The notes under the pieces: generated by a model
What the model was told of the DNA's origin: nothing
Database searches by the model: none
What the model saw: only the letters and a program-made list of their open reading frames with translations
Sequence record: DRR723986_11381
Strand: one strand, 5' to 3'
DNA: 52,705 bases
Shown here: piece after piece, positions 19,814 to 30,188 of the stretch
Numbering within the stretch: position 1 is the first letter of the stretch
How the letters are laid out: each line of letters starts with the position of its first letter
Made by a program: the position numbers and the translations under genes

Positions 19814-21817
19814 CTAGAAATTGACGTCGCCGCTGACAGTTGTCAGGCGAGCGGTACCGTGCGGCACGCGTCCGTTGGCGGTTGTGCATTCGTCGCGTTC
19901 TGCAGCGAGCATGACACTTCCGAATTCCCAGCCACTGTCAGTGGTGCGAACAAGCATCGCACTTGGTTGCAAGAACTTGGCGATTACCTCAAAAGGAGGG
20001 AGTGATTGCCCCTTCACACGTTGTTCTTCGCTACGAATCTCCGACTGATTTTGCAGCAGTCGATCGAGGATGCTGGCTAGCATCGACTGAGACTGATTCA
20101 GCTTGCCTTGCCGGAAGAGTTCGTACTGGACCCGATACGCCTTGTCCGTTCTCACAATATTCCAGGCACATGGATTGTCTTCGCCGAAGGTATTTTGCAG
20201 AACGTCGCGAACGCGAACGAAGTCCTCAGCGTCTTCCAGCGGAGAGTACCGATTCTTTGCAGCCCGTTGGACGGCTTCTTCGATCATTTCAGCATGAGAT
20301 GCGAAGAGCAAATAGTCACCTGAAACGGTGATTGCCCAGTCGCTGAGCCACGGTCCGCCGGCTTCCGCTGCGGCCTCATCAGTGTCTTCATCCTCGAAGT
20401 CGTCAAAATCGTCGAATTCGCCGAAGTCACCATCATCTTCGTTTCGCACAACCTTCCAGATCGTCTGGCCGTTGAAATCGACTTTGACAGCGTCGGGTTC
20501 ATTGTTCATCGCCCGGTCAACTTCTTTGGACAAGGCGGCTGCATCTTTGAGCTTCAGAGCGATGAGATTTCGCCGAGATTCCACAGTCGCTTCGCCATCG
20601 GCGGAGTCCGAGATGGAGTAGATGTCGTTGGCAAAGTGAGGAAGGACATCGTTGCGGATATCGACTTGAGGGCCGTTGGTGTCTTTGTGGAAACCCTCGA
20701 TGACCTCTTCGAACACTTTCGGTGTACCAGCAATCTCGTCGACCAAGCCCTCGACCTTCCAAAACGCTTCGTTGGCGTTCCAGTTTGTAACGAGCAGTGA
20801 AGAGATGTTGTCGCTTACAAAGTTTGGAATCTCCCGCGAAGCTTTATTCGGGAAGTCCAAGACACCAGCCGAAAGAGGCAGTGGGAACTGAGCCAGAACA
20901 TAGCCCCGGTGCATGATATCGAGCGACTCTCCGCCGAATCGAACAACGCCGGTAACCGCTTCAATTGCGCTGAAGCCTTGATTCTTCAAAATTGCAATCA
21001 TGTCGGCACCGTTCTTGGAACGATTGCCGCCGATCGACCTCAACACTTCCGCGAAACCCAACGGTCGCGCGAAGTACTCGATGTCGTTTTCACGATCCTT
21101 ATCAACCTGAAGCGGGTCACGCCCTAGGCTACTTTCCAAGCACTCACGGCTTTCAACAAACTGTTCGTTGCTTGCAAGTCGGCCTTCGCCCTCATCGGCA
21201 CTACCAAGTTGACCGATTAAATCTTCGATCAAAGCTTTATCGTCGGTCGCGATAAACTTGCCATCTTTGATCGCGTAGAAAGTGTTCTGTACCAGAATCT
21301 CACCGGCAGGCGGCTGCAGCGTATACTGCAGGACGTCGACGCCATCGACGCGCAGTTCTTTCTTGATTGCCTCGCGTTCGGTCAGCTCCGCATCGATCTT
21401 GTTGAGCATGTCCTGATTGACTGATGCATCGTTTGACACATCAGCAACCATGGTCATCGCAAACGGCTTCCGCGCATTGCCTTCGGACTTCATCCAGGCG
21501 ACGGCGACTTCACCGGTTAGAAAACCGCGAATGTCATCCGGCTTCACGTTCAGACGCCAGCCCGCGTCGATGAACCGCTTCTCGAGTTCTTGACGTTGTT
21601 CGTCGAAGAACGGAGCGACGGCATCGTCCTTGGACAGCCGCGCGAGCTCGGTTTTGTTCCAATTATCCACTAGACGCTGGCCGTCAGGGATCATGACAAC
21701 CGCCTGAGTCGTTTCGGGCAGCAGGGAGTAAGCGGATTCCTGCTGAGCAACTGCCGTTGCACCAAACAATGCAACCGCCAATGACGCACTGAGGGCGCGG
21801 TACGATGAGCGAACCAT
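19814..21817 (-). CDS. Planctomycete secreted/membrane hypothetical protein (DUF3352-like architecture)
   Basis: AAAGGAG RBS before ATG 21817; signal peptide ending AVA-QQ; long ORF with an acidic DDFGEFDDFDDFEDED loop. Confidence 0.75.
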   Translation of the reverse strand: MVRSSYRALSASLAVALFGATAVAQQESAYSLLPETTQAVVMIPDGQRLVDNWNKTELARLSKDDAVAPFFDEQRQELEKRFIDAGWRLNVKPDDIRGFLTGEVAVAWMKSEGNARKPFAMTMVADVSNDASVNQDMLNKIDAELTEREAIKKELRVDGVDVLQYTLQPPAGEILVQNTFYAIKDGKFIATDDKALIEDLIGQLGSADEGEGRLASNEQFVESRECLESSLGRDPLQVDKDRENDIEYFARPLGFAEVLRSIGGNRSKNGADMIAILKNQGFSAIEAVTGVVRFGGESLDIMHRGYVLAQFPLPLSAGVLDFPNKASREIPNFVSDNISSLLVTNWNANEAFWKVEGLVDEIAGTPKVFEEVIEGFHKDTNGPQVDIRNDVLPHFANDIYSISDSADGEATVESRRNLIALKLKDAAALSKEVDRAMNNEPDAVKVDFNGQTIWKVVRNEDDGDFGEFDDFDDFEDEDTDEAAAEAGGPWLSDWAITVSGDYLLFASHAEMIEEAVQRAAKNRYSPLEDAEDFVRVRDVLQNTFGEDNPCAWNIVRTDKAYRVQYELFRQGKLNQSQSMLASILDRLLQNQSEIRSEEQRVKGQSLPPFEVIAKFLQPSAMLVRTTDSGWEFGSVMLAAERDECTTANGRVPHGTARLTTVSGDVNF

Positions 21818-22259
21818 GTGTGAGTGATCTCCTTTGTGTTCTACCATCCGTGTGCCGCACGGACCCATCCCTGGGAAAGCTCGCATCATCTTAACCTACG
21901 GCCCGATCGTGCCGTAAGTGCGGGTCTGCTGCCGTCCCCCTCACTTTAGTGGATGTTGTTTCTGGATTGGGCTGGCTCCAAACCGGACCTCGGGGGCCCC
22001 AGCGACTAATGTCGAAGCCAACATGATTGTTGCCATGAACCTGATCTTGGCGAGTTGCCTATCTTTCTGTCCATAGAAAGATAATCGGTCATCCATTCTG
22101 GGCTACTGGCTCTGCAGTTTACTTTCTGCTTCACTCCGCAATACTCGGTACCCAGGACAATTGGCAGCCGATGCAAACAGACCGTTTGGCCTGCGGAAAA
22201 GTGAAACTGTAAAAAACAAAACCGTGGACCGAGCCCCGGACCGTAGAGCGAGATTACAG

Positions 22260-23684
22260 ATGATTAAGCATCAACGTGAAAACCTCTCCCACGATCCTAT
22301 TCATGGCTATATTCGTTTCGTCGCGCCAACTGGTCAAATCCGTAATGAATTCTGCGAAAGGCATCTAATTGACCATCCTTGGGTGCAGAGAATGCGTCAA
22401 ATTCGGCAATTGCAGACAGCTTGGTGGGTTTACCCGACCGCGGAGCACAGCCGATTCCAACACATTTTGGGCGTCATGCACTTGGCGAGTCGGGCAATTG
22501 AGAGCCTTTACGATTCACTCGCTCAATCAGATCCGGACACGCCCAGCAAACCAACTGTCGAAGCGATTATGCGTTTGGCTGGTTTGCTACACGATGTTGG
22601 GCACGGCCCGTTTGGACACTTTTTCGATGCTCATTTTTTGGCCCGCTACGGCATAACGCACGAATCGCTGGGAGCCTTCATCATCGAGGAACGCCTGGCA
22701 TCGGAGATTGGTAATCTCCAGCGAACCCTCTCAGGCGATCTAGACCGTAAAGTCGACGCAGCCGACATCGCTTGGTTAATCCAACGCCCCAAGCAGAATC
22801 CGCGTGCCGGTACACAATCAGCAGACGACGACTCTGCTGAGCGGCCCCGCTGGATGCAGATGTTGCAGAGCTTGTTCTGCGGAATTTATACCGTCGACAA
22901 CATGGACTTTGTCCTTCGCGACGCCTACATGACGGGCCTCAACCCGCGATCGATCGACATCGACCGACTCCTTCACTACAGCCAGTTCACGCCACAAGGT
23001 CTGACGATCCACGATCGTGGCATGCCAGCCCTGGTTCACTTCTTGTCAATGAAAGCCGAACTATTTCGAAACGTTTACTTTCACCGAACCGTTCGTGCGA
23101 TCGACCTCGAGCTGACCGAACTATTCCGCGATAGCCACAGCGTCATTTTCCCTGGCGATCCTCGTGAGCACTTGGATGACTATCTTGAGTTTACCGAATT
23201 CACACTTTTGGCTGATGCAAAACGCCTGCATTGCAGCAAGGATCCAGGGCTTGCCAAGCTGGGTCAGCGATGGCTCGATTGGACGCGGCGAAGGTTAACC
23301 TGGGTCATGGCGTGCCAACGTAACGTTAGTTTTGCTGAGAACCAATCCGAAGGCAGTTCAGTCTTCTCGTCTGAAAAATTACTGGAGGGTTGTCTTCGGG
23401 ATCGGCTTCCTAGCGATTTGAAGGATCTACCTTTCCGTGTTGACCTCGCGCGGCACATCCATCGCCCCCACACGCTGGGAGCCACCGCTGGAGTGAACTT
23501 TTTCTACGATTCGGCAACTGGAAAGACCAAGCCACTTTCCATGCATGGCCTTTATCGCATGCTCCCCGTGTCGCACACAATTGTTCGGGTCTACACGCGC
23601 GAGCCGCTTTACCAACAGGTCTTTTCGGGAATCCTCGACAGCCTTGTTGGCTCTCCCGGCGAAGATGACCTAACCAACATGTAG
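22260..23684 (+). CDS. HD-domain phosphohydrolase (SAMHD1/dNTPase-like)
   Basis: [57 protein letters not shown]. Confidence 0.9.
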   Translation: MIKHQRENLSHDPIHGYIRFVAPTGQIRNEFCERHLIDHPWVQRMRQIRQLQTAWWVYPTAEHSRFQHILGVMHLASRAIESLYDSLAQSDPDTPSKPTVEAIMRLAGLLHDVGHGPFGHFFDAHFLARYGITHESLGAFIIEERLASEIGNLQRTLSGDLDRKVDAADIAWLIQRPKQNPRAGTQSADDDSAERPRWMQMLQSLFCGIYTVDNMDFVLRDAYMTGLNPRSIDIDRLLHYSQFTPQGLTIHDRGMPALVHFLSMKAELFRNVYFHRTVRAIDLELTELFRDSHSVIFPGDPREHLDDYLEFTEFTLLADAKRLHCSKDPGLAKLGQRWLDWTRRRLTWVMACQRNVSFAENQSEGSSVFSSEKLLEGCLRDRLPSDLKDLPFRVDLARHIHRPHTLGATAGVNFFYDSATGKTKPLSMHGLYRMLPVSHTIVRVYTREPLYQQVFSGILDSLVGSPGEDDLTNM

Positions 23685-23812
23685 GTTGGCTACCGCTGCA
23701 AAAATGGATTCGGCGTTTCGCCAATCTCGTGCATTCCCCGCCCCTCGTCGGCGCTTTGCGGCCCGCCTGCTATCATTTGAGCGGCAACGCTATTTTTATC
23801 GCAGGTAAACGA

Positions 23813-25240
23813 ATGTCTGACTCCTCTGTCTACGAAAACCCACTGATTACTCGCTACGCCTCACGCGAAATGGCTCAACATTGGAGTAGCGTAAAACGTG
23901 CTCGGCTGTGGCGTGAACTCTGGATTATCTTGGCCGAAAGCGAGCAAGAGCTGGGACTCGACATAACCGACGTGCAAATAGCACAACTCAAGGCGACGGC
24001 GGACGACATCGACCTGGACGCTGTCAAGGAATACGAACGACGAAAACGTCACGACGTGATGGCGCACGTACACGCCTACGGCGACAAAGCACCCGATGCG
24101 CGGGCTATCATTCACTTAGGTGCAACAAGCTGCTTCGTGACCGACAATGCTGATCTAATCCTTCTGCGTGACGCACTGCAGTTGATTATCGATCGCATTT
24201 CAACGGTCATCTGCCAACTCGGTGACTTCGCAAAGCAGCATCGCGACCTCCCATGCTTGGCGTTCACCCACCTTCAGCCTGCTCAACCCACAACAGTTGG
24301 CAAACGCGCGTGCCTGTGGGCGTACGACCTCGTGCTAGACCTGGAAGAGCTGAAGCATCGACTATCGACGCTTCGCGCACGCAGCGCGAAGGGAACGACT
24401 GGCACGCAAGCTAGCTTCTTGCAACTTTTTGGCGGAGACCACGCAAAAGTCCGGCAACTGGAAAACCAGATCGCCGAACGCATGGGTTTTGAAGCCAGCT
24501 ACGAAGTTACAGGTCAGACCTATCCTCGTAAGGTAGATGCGCACATCGTTGACTGCCTTTCCGGTGTTGCGCAAAGCTTACACAAGATTGCAACGGACAT
24601 TCGTCTTCTGTCGAACAAGAAAGAAATTGAAGAGCCATTCGAGAAGGAACAAATTGGATCATCGGCGATGGCCTACAAACGGAATCCAATGCGAAGCGAA
24701 CGCATTTGTTCCTTAGCAAGGTTTGTGATGAGCCTTCAGTCGTCTCCAGCCCAGACCGCGGCAGTGCAGTGGATGGAACGCACCCTGGATGACAGCGCGA
24801 ACCGACGCCTTGTACTCCCGCAAGCATTCTTGGCTGTGGATGCGTGTTTGGTATTGATGCAAAACGTATCCAGCGGAATGGTTGTTTACGAGAAACAAGT
24901 TGAAAAGCACTTGGCCGAAGAGTTGCCGTTCATGGCCACAGAAGCCATCATGATGGCCGCCGTCGAAGCCGGCGGAGACCGGCAGGAAATCCACGAGGTC
25001 ATCCGCGAACATAGTGTTGCCGCTGGACTAGTCGTCAAGCAGGAAGGCAAACCAAACGACCTGATCGATCGCCTCAAGAACGATTCGTCGATGTCGGGTG
25101 TCGATATCGATAGCTTGGTTGATCCGAAGCTGTTTGTCGGGCGTTCTCCTGAACAAGTGGATGACTTCTGCAATGAGGTCGTGGAGCCCATTCGAAAGAC
25201 GCTGGGAGAATCAGCGTTATCAGCAGAAGTCAACGTCTAG
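23813..25240 (+). CDS. purB: Adenylosuccinate lyase
   Basis: [63 protein letters not shown]. Confidence 0.96.
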   Translation: MSDSSVYENPLITRYASREMAQHWSSVKRARLWRELWIILAESEQELGLDITDVQIAQLKATADDIDLDAVKEYERRKRHDVMAHVHAYGDKAPDARAIIHLGATSCFVTDNADLILLRDALQLIIDRISTVICQLGDFAKQHRDLPCLAFTHLQPAQPTTVGKRACLWAYDLVLDLEELKHRLSTLRARSAKGTTGTQASFLQLFGGDHAKVRQLENQIAERMGFEASYEVTGQTYPRKVDAHIVDCLSGVAQSLHKIATDIRLLSNKKEIEEPFEKEQIGSSAMAYKRNPMRSERICSLARFVMSLQSSPAQTAAVQWMERTLDDSANRRLVLPQAFLAVDACLVLMQNVSSGMVVYEKQVEKHLAEELPFMATEAIMMAAVEAGGDRQEIHEVIREHSVAAGLVVKQEGKPNDLIDRLKNDSSMSGVDIDSLVDPKLFVGRSPEQVDDFCNEVVEPIRKTLGESALSAEVNV

Positions 25241-25245
25241 CAAGG

Positions 25246-26094
25246 ATGAACGCCGAACTGGTCAAAGCACTCGTCACCCGCGGCATCGTTTACGCTCTTG
25301 CCGCGCTATCAGTCGTGATTCTGGCAGTATCTCTGTGGCACGATTTTCAACCTCGCACTGTCACAATCACCAAGGCCAGTGTAACGGTTGACGGCGACGA
25401 ACGGACTTACCGCCTGGCCGTGCCGACCGACCTAGATCTCGATCAGCCAATCCCCGTCGTCTTTGCCCTTCACGGAGCGCTGGATACCGTCGATCAGATG
25501 GCCCAGTGGACTGGCTTGGATGAATACGCGGCTGACTCTAAAGCAATCGTTTGTTATCTACAGGGTCGGTCATTGAACTGGCCACCCTACATTCCGCCCA
25601 GCAATCCTGAACACGCCGATCCGGACTTTGAATTCTTCGACAAGTTGCTTGGGCAGATATCTGCTGAGTACAACATCGATCAACGGCGAGTCTATCTAGT
25701 CGGAGTCTCGCAGGGCGGAGCGATGTCGTTGCTGTTTGCTGCTCGACGCACCGAAAAACTAGCCGCGGTTGTGAATTGCTGCGGCTGGCTGCCCAAGCCA
25801 CTCGACACCGAACTTGCCAGCGAAGCCACAGAACGTTCCAGCGAAGCCGCCGAACTTGCCAGCCTTGAATCCGATGCCGGGCACAAATGCCAGATGCTCT
25901 TCATCGTAGGATCTGAAGATGAACAAGTCGGCGTCCACCACGTTGAAGCCGCTTACGAAGCTTTCGCATCCGCTGGCTACCCATCACAGTTTCATCTAGT
26001 CGACGAGTTCGGTCATGGTTGGCCTGACGAACTCGGGATCAATGAAGTTGTATGGAATTTTCTCAGCCAGCAGACTAAGGCTGATTCCCGGTAG
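25246..26094 (+). CDS. PHB-depolymerase/LpqC-family esterase, membrane-anchored
   Basis: N-terminal TM; RTYRLAVP, PVVFALHG, GVSQGG nucleophile elbow, GSEDEQV, GHGWP. Confidence 0.82.
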   Translation: MNAELVKALVTRGIVYALAALSVVILAVSLWHDFQPRTVTITKASVTVDGDERTYRLAVPTDLDLDQPIPVVFALHGALDTVDQMAQWTGLDEYAADSKAIVCYLQGRSLNWPPYIPPSNPEHADPDFEFFDKLLGQISAEYNIDQRRVYLVGVSQGGAMSLLFAARRTEKLAAVVNCCGWLPKPLDTELASEATERSSEAAELASLESDAGHKCQMLFIVGSEDEQVGVHHVEAAYEAFASAGYPSQFHLVDEFGHGWPDELGINEVVWNFLSQQTKADSR

Positions 26095-26190
26095 CGCGTA
26101 GCTGCATCCGGTGCAGTGCAGACGCGCACAATATAGATGAACGCCAGGGACCGTCTCCGCCGGTGTCGTTGGCGGTCGCACGTGAAAACG

Positions 26191-26242
26191 AAAAAGGGCT
26201 CGCTCAGTAGCGACACTCTGTTCGCTGCTGAGCGAGCCCTTT
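26191..26242 (-). terminator. Strong intrinsic terminator hairpin (U-tract on the minus strand; may also act on +)
   Basis: AAAGGGCTCGCTCAGTAGCGA-CACTCTGT-TCGCTGCTGAGCGAGCCCTTT gives a ~21-bp stem. The minus strand continues TTTTTCGTTTT. Confidence 0.85.
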
Positions 26243-26748
26243 CCACCGTGAAAGCTGGGCCTGTTGGCTGTAAGCCGTTGTGTTGCTGCCATACTTCGGC
26301 AGCGTCGCCTCTAAGGTCACGGGGCATCCATGTTCGTGAAAATCAGCTTCGCGTCAGCGGCACAGTGGCTCAAGTACCGCCAGTCGCGATTTTCGGCAAG
26401 CGAAGTTTGAACTGCTAAGAGGTTGATCGCCCACGCACACGCGGCCAAACCAGCCGCAAGGCATCACGTTAGCAGTTCATGACTCGCTACCAAAACTGAT
26501 TGACTGGCTCGAAGGTATCTGAAAGCTTCAAAGTCTCGATCGCCCCGCTAGTGGAGGAGAATGCCACCTCTGGGACTCGACTTGATGAATTCAGATTTAG
26601 CAGGAGGAGTAGCTGGCCTTCGATTTGTTGGCTCTCAATGCTCTCAGATTTTTGAGTCGGGCGACCCAGATTCTGAACGCAATGACAACCATTCATCCTT
26701 GGTAGTGGCGACCTAGCTCCGCTGCGGGCCTCGGTATTTTGCCACGCC
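26191..26748 (-). ncRNA. Candidate sigma54-dependent structured sRNA (or small-peptide mRNA)
   Basis: Bounded by a -24/-12 promoter and the terminator above. Contains an 11-bp inverted repeat (26408-26418/26469-26479), GGA-loop hairpins and no convincing long ORF. I do not recognise it as a known RNA family. Confidence 0.4.
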
Positions 26749-26758
26749 TAATGGAGAT

Positions 26759-26775
26759 TGCACGTGCCGTGCCAA
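26759..26775 (-). promoter_or_regulatory. Sigma54 (RpoN) -24/-12 promoter
   Basis: The minus strand reads TTGGCACGGCACGTGCA against consensus TGGCAC-N5-TTGCA, with exact GG/GC spacing and one mismatch. Confidence 0.65.
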
Positions 26776-27002
26776 AAACCTCAAATTCTGATTCTAACCA
26801 ACAGTAGAGGCTGGCTTTTGCAACTTCAGTTCCCACAATACGGTATTTTAAGGGCCAGCGGCCATCACTGCGCGCGACGGGCCAAAACAGAATTCCTGGA
26901 AAACGCCCGCAGCGGCCAATCGACTGCTCCCGCAGGTCCTGGTTTTGAAAAAATGTAAATGTAAGAATTACAATCGCCGCTCGAACTCTCTTGCCCATCG
27001 AG

Positions 27003-30000
27003 ATGAATGAAGTGAATCCGAATAAAATGCTTAAATCCTTCAACCGCTCATCCGGCCCCGCACAACTTGGCCAAGCCACTTTGCTGGCATTTTCGACATT
27101 CTTCCTTTCCGCGCCGCTGCTCGCTGCCGAGCCCACCGCCGCGCAAGATCACGCTGTCGTCGAAGCGCTCCTACGGCTGCCAGGCGATGCGTTGAAGCAG
27201 AACCCGGAATCCCGACAAGCAGTCTTGCGATACCTGAAACGCAATTCAGGGACCAAGCAGTATCTTGATGTCGCAAAGAAACTGGGCGTCGCCGAACAAA
27301 CCGATGAACTTATGGAATTCATCACGTCCGGCAACGGCAATTTCGCGGCAGACGCAGTCCGTTTGCTCATGCGTTCCGGAGGCACTGAAGTACTGCGGCA
27401 AACGATTGAAGGCGATGATGCCGCCAAATCGACCGCGGCCACTCGAGCACTTTCGTTCGTCAACAACGCGCAATCACGCGAGCTTCTGAGCGAGTTGCTC
27501 AATGGAGATTACTCGACGCAGCTAAGAATTGCCGCAACCGCAGCTCTAGGTGCAAATGTTCAAGGCCAGCAGATTCTCTTGAACTTTGCGAAAGAGAACG
27601 GCGTTCCAGGAACACTGACGTTTGCGTTCTCCGAAGCTCTCCGTGGGTCGTCCAGCGAAGAAGTACGCAAAGCGGCCGAACAAGTACTTGAGCCAATCGC
27701 ATCCAAGGGAAGCGAGACAATCCCACCCGTCAAGCAGCTCGCTCGCCAACGTGGCAATGCCAAGCAGGGCAAGACTGTCTTCGATACTAACGGGACCTGC
27801 AACCAGTGCCACAAGGTAAACGGTGCGGGTAAGGAAGTGGGGCCGGACCTGTCCGAAATTGGTAGCAAACTCTCCCGCGAGGACATGTTCGTTGCAATCC
27901 TGAACCCCAACGCGGCCGTCAGTCACAACTATGAAACCTACAGCGCCCTCGACTATGACGGCAATATCATCACGGGCCTTCTGATCAACCAGAACGAGCA
28001 AGGCGTCACGATTCGCAACGCCAAAGGGATCGACCAAACGGTTGCCACAGGCGATATCGAAGAATTGCGAAAGCAAGAAACCTCTCTGATGCCAGCGGAT
28101 CTTCAGAAGCTGATGTCGCTCCAGGAACTTGTCAGTCTGGTTGATTACCTTGTTCTGTTGCGAAAGCCTGGCGAAAAAGGCTTCAATGCAATCGCCGAGG
28201 GAAACACAGAGCAGGACTTGCGCGACCCCAGCACAGCAGTGGCCGGCTTCGAAATCGCCGATGGACTGCAAGTCGAGCTGTGGGCAAGCGAGCCAATGAT
28301 GCTCAGCCCAACAAGCATCGATGTCGACCACCTCGGACGCGTTTGGGTGTGCGAAGCGGTGAACTATCGGCACTTCAGGAATGGACAGAATGAACCGCGC
28401 GAGGAAGGAGACCGAATCCTTGTCCTAGAAGACACCGATCGCGATGGGAAAGCGGATAAACGGACGGTCTTTTATCAGGGCCGCGATATCGACTCCCCAC
28501 ACGGAGTCACCGTATTGGGCGAGAGCATCATCGTATCCGCTGGCGAAAACGTGATTGTTTTCACGGACAAGGACGGAGACTTGAAGCCGGAAAGTCGCAA
28601 GAACTTGTTCACCGGAATCAGCGGCGTTCAGCACGACCATGGCATTCACGCATTCAACATTGGCCCTGACGGAAAACTCTACTTCAACTTCGGCAACGAA
28701 GGGAAACAACTAAAAGGACCGGATGGGGAAACAATTGTCGACAAGGCGGGCAATGTTGTTGACGATTCTCGAAACCCGTACCAGCAAGGCATGGTATTTC
28801 GCTGCAACCTAGACGGCAGCGATCTAGAAACGCTGGGATGGAACTTCCGAAATAACTGGGAAGTCTGCGTCGACTCCTTCGGCAATCTGTGGCAATCCGA
28901 CAATGACGACGACGGCAACCGCGGGACGCGAATCAACTTCGTCATGGAGTATGGCAACTACGGATATCGCGACGAGAAAAACGGCAACACCTGGAAGGTA
29001 GCCAGAACAGGTCTTGAGAGCGAAATCCCTCTACAACACTGGCACCTTAACGATCCTGGAGTTGTTCCCAACATTCTCCAAACCGGCGCTGGCTCGCCAA
29101 CTGGAATTTGCTTTTATGAAGGTGAGTTGCTTCCCGAAGCGTTCCGCAACCAGATTATCCACACCGACCCTGGACCAAACGTTGTGCGCGCCTACCCGGT
29201 CGAAAACTCCGGTGCCGGCTACAAAGCATCCATCTTGAATCTAGTCAAGGGAACTCGCGATCCTTGGTTCCGCCCCGTTGACGTGTGTGCCGCCCCAGAC
29301 GGTTCGTTGTTCATCGCCGATTGGTACGACCCAGGAGTTGGCGGGCACCGTATGGGAGACCCACAGCACGGTCGTATCTTCAGAATTACACCGACTGGGC
29401 ACACCGGCTACGATCTTCCAAGTTTTGATTTTGATACCGCGAAAGGGGCAGCGAAAGCACTTGCCAACGCAAACCTTGCAACACGTTTCCTAGCGCAACA
29501 AGCAATTGCTAAGATCGGTGCAGATGCAGTCGCTGAATTGGAAATCGTCGCGTCAGCATCGCAGTCCGAAGTGCAAGCTGCCCGGGCGATGTGGCAGGTT
29601 GCAGCCCACGGTTCACCCGAACAACGAACCCAGATCATTGATCAAGCCCTCAGCCACCCAAGTGCAGACTTGCGAATCACCGGCATCCGCATGGCTAGGC
29701 AACACAATGTCGACATCCCGCAAATGGTCCGACTGCTGTCGAAAGATCCATCCAGTCATGTTCGACGCGAACTGTTGGTCGCACTTCGCCACACGACAAC
29801 TCAGGACGCGGCCGAGCTATGGGTAGATCTAGCACTGCAACATGATGGCAAGGATCGATGGTACCTGGAAGCTCTTGGACTGGCGGCCGACCTGCACTGG
29901 GACGCCTGCTTTACGGCCTGGCTACAGCGAGTTGGCGACGATTGGAATACACCCGCCGGTCGCGATATCATTTGGCGTTGCCGCAGCCCCAAAGCGTGCA

Positions 30001-30128
30001 AGTACCTCACTGACATCATCCGTTCAACGGACTCAGTTGAGGAACAGTATCGCTACTTCCGCGCATTTGATTTTCACGAAGACGCCCCCAAGACGGAAGC
30101 TCTCAAGCTGTTGCTCGTCAGCCGCTAG
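27003..30128 (+). CDS. PVC-type heme-binding CxxCH protein / putative membrane-bound dehydrogenase (HEAT + cytochrome c + beta-propeller + HEAT)
   Basis: Signal peptide; CNQCH...VGPDLS...ILNPN...SLMP cytochrome domain; propeller motifs ELWASEP, GRVWVCE, GDRILVLEDTDRDGKAD, GPDGKLYF, NFRNNWE, FRPVDV..APDGSLFIADWYD. Start uncertain (26991/27003/27027). Confidence 0.9.
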   Translation: MNEVNPNKMLKSFNRSSGPAQLGQATLLAFSTFFLSAPLLAAEPTAAQDHAVVEALLRLPGDALKQNPESRQAVLRYLKRNSGTKQYLDVAKKLGVAEQTDELMEFITSGNGNFAADAVRLLMRSGGTEVLRQTIEGDDAAKSTAATRALSFVNNAQSRELLSELLNGDYSTQLRIAATAALGANVQGQQILLNFAKENGVPGTLTFAFSEALRGSSSEEVRKAAEQVLEPIASKGSETIPPVKQLARQRGNAKQGKTVFDTNGTCNQCHKVNGAGKEVGPDLSEIGSKLSREDMFVAILNPNAAVSHNYETYSALDYDGNIITGLLINQNEQGVTIRNAKGIDQTVATGDIEELRKQETSLMPADLQKLMSLQELVSLVDYLVLLRKPGEKGFNAIAEGNTEQDLRDPSTAVAGFEIADGLQVELWASEPMMLSPTSIDVDHLGRVWVCEAVNYRHFRNGQNEPREEGDRILVLEDTDRDGKADKRTVFYQGRDIDSPHGVTVLGESIIVSAGENVIVFTDKDGDLKPESRKNLFTGISGVQHDHGIHAFNIGPDGKLYFNFGNEGKQLKGPDGETIVDKAGNVVDDSRNPYQQGMVFRCNLDGSDLETLGWNFRNNWEVCVDSFGNLWQSDNDDDGNRGTRINFVMEYGNYGYRDEKNGNTWKVARTGLESEIPLQHWHLNDPGVVPNILQTGAGSPTGICFYEGELLPEAFRNQIIHTDPGPNVVRAYPVENSGAGYKASILNLVKGTRDPWFRPVDVCAAPDGSLFIADWYDPGVGGHRMGDPQHGRIFRITPTGHTGYDLPSFDFDTAKGAAKALANANLATRFLAQQAIAKIGADAVAELEIVASASQSEVQAARAMWQVAAHGSPEQRTQIIDQALSHPSADLRITGIRMARQHNVDIPQMVRLLSKDPSSHVRRELLVALRHTTTQDAAELWVDLALQHDGKDRWYLEALGLAADLHWDACFTAWLQRVGDDWNTPAGRDIIWRCRSPKACKYLTDIIRSTDSVEEQYRYFRAFDFHEDAPKTEALKLLLVSR

Positions 30129-30188
30129 AGCGGTGGTCTTGCTGGTAATCTACACAACCGAAGTTTCATCGCAGGAAAAGACAGGCTA

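Noticed and set aside
26095-26990. Intergenic region as tRNA, tmRNA, RNase P RNA, SRP RNA or CRISPR; ORFs 26137..26418, 26013..26327 and 26693..27136
   Set aside because: No hallmark sequences or repeat-spacer periodicity. The ORFs cross the terminator or promoter and lack RBS and recognisable protein features.
27546-28373. Long antisense or alternative-frame ORFs (e.g. 27546..28373, 36614..37303, 9051..9662)
   Set aside because: They lie wholly within well-supported genes on the opposite strand and have no motifs; shadow ORFs are expected at this GC content.
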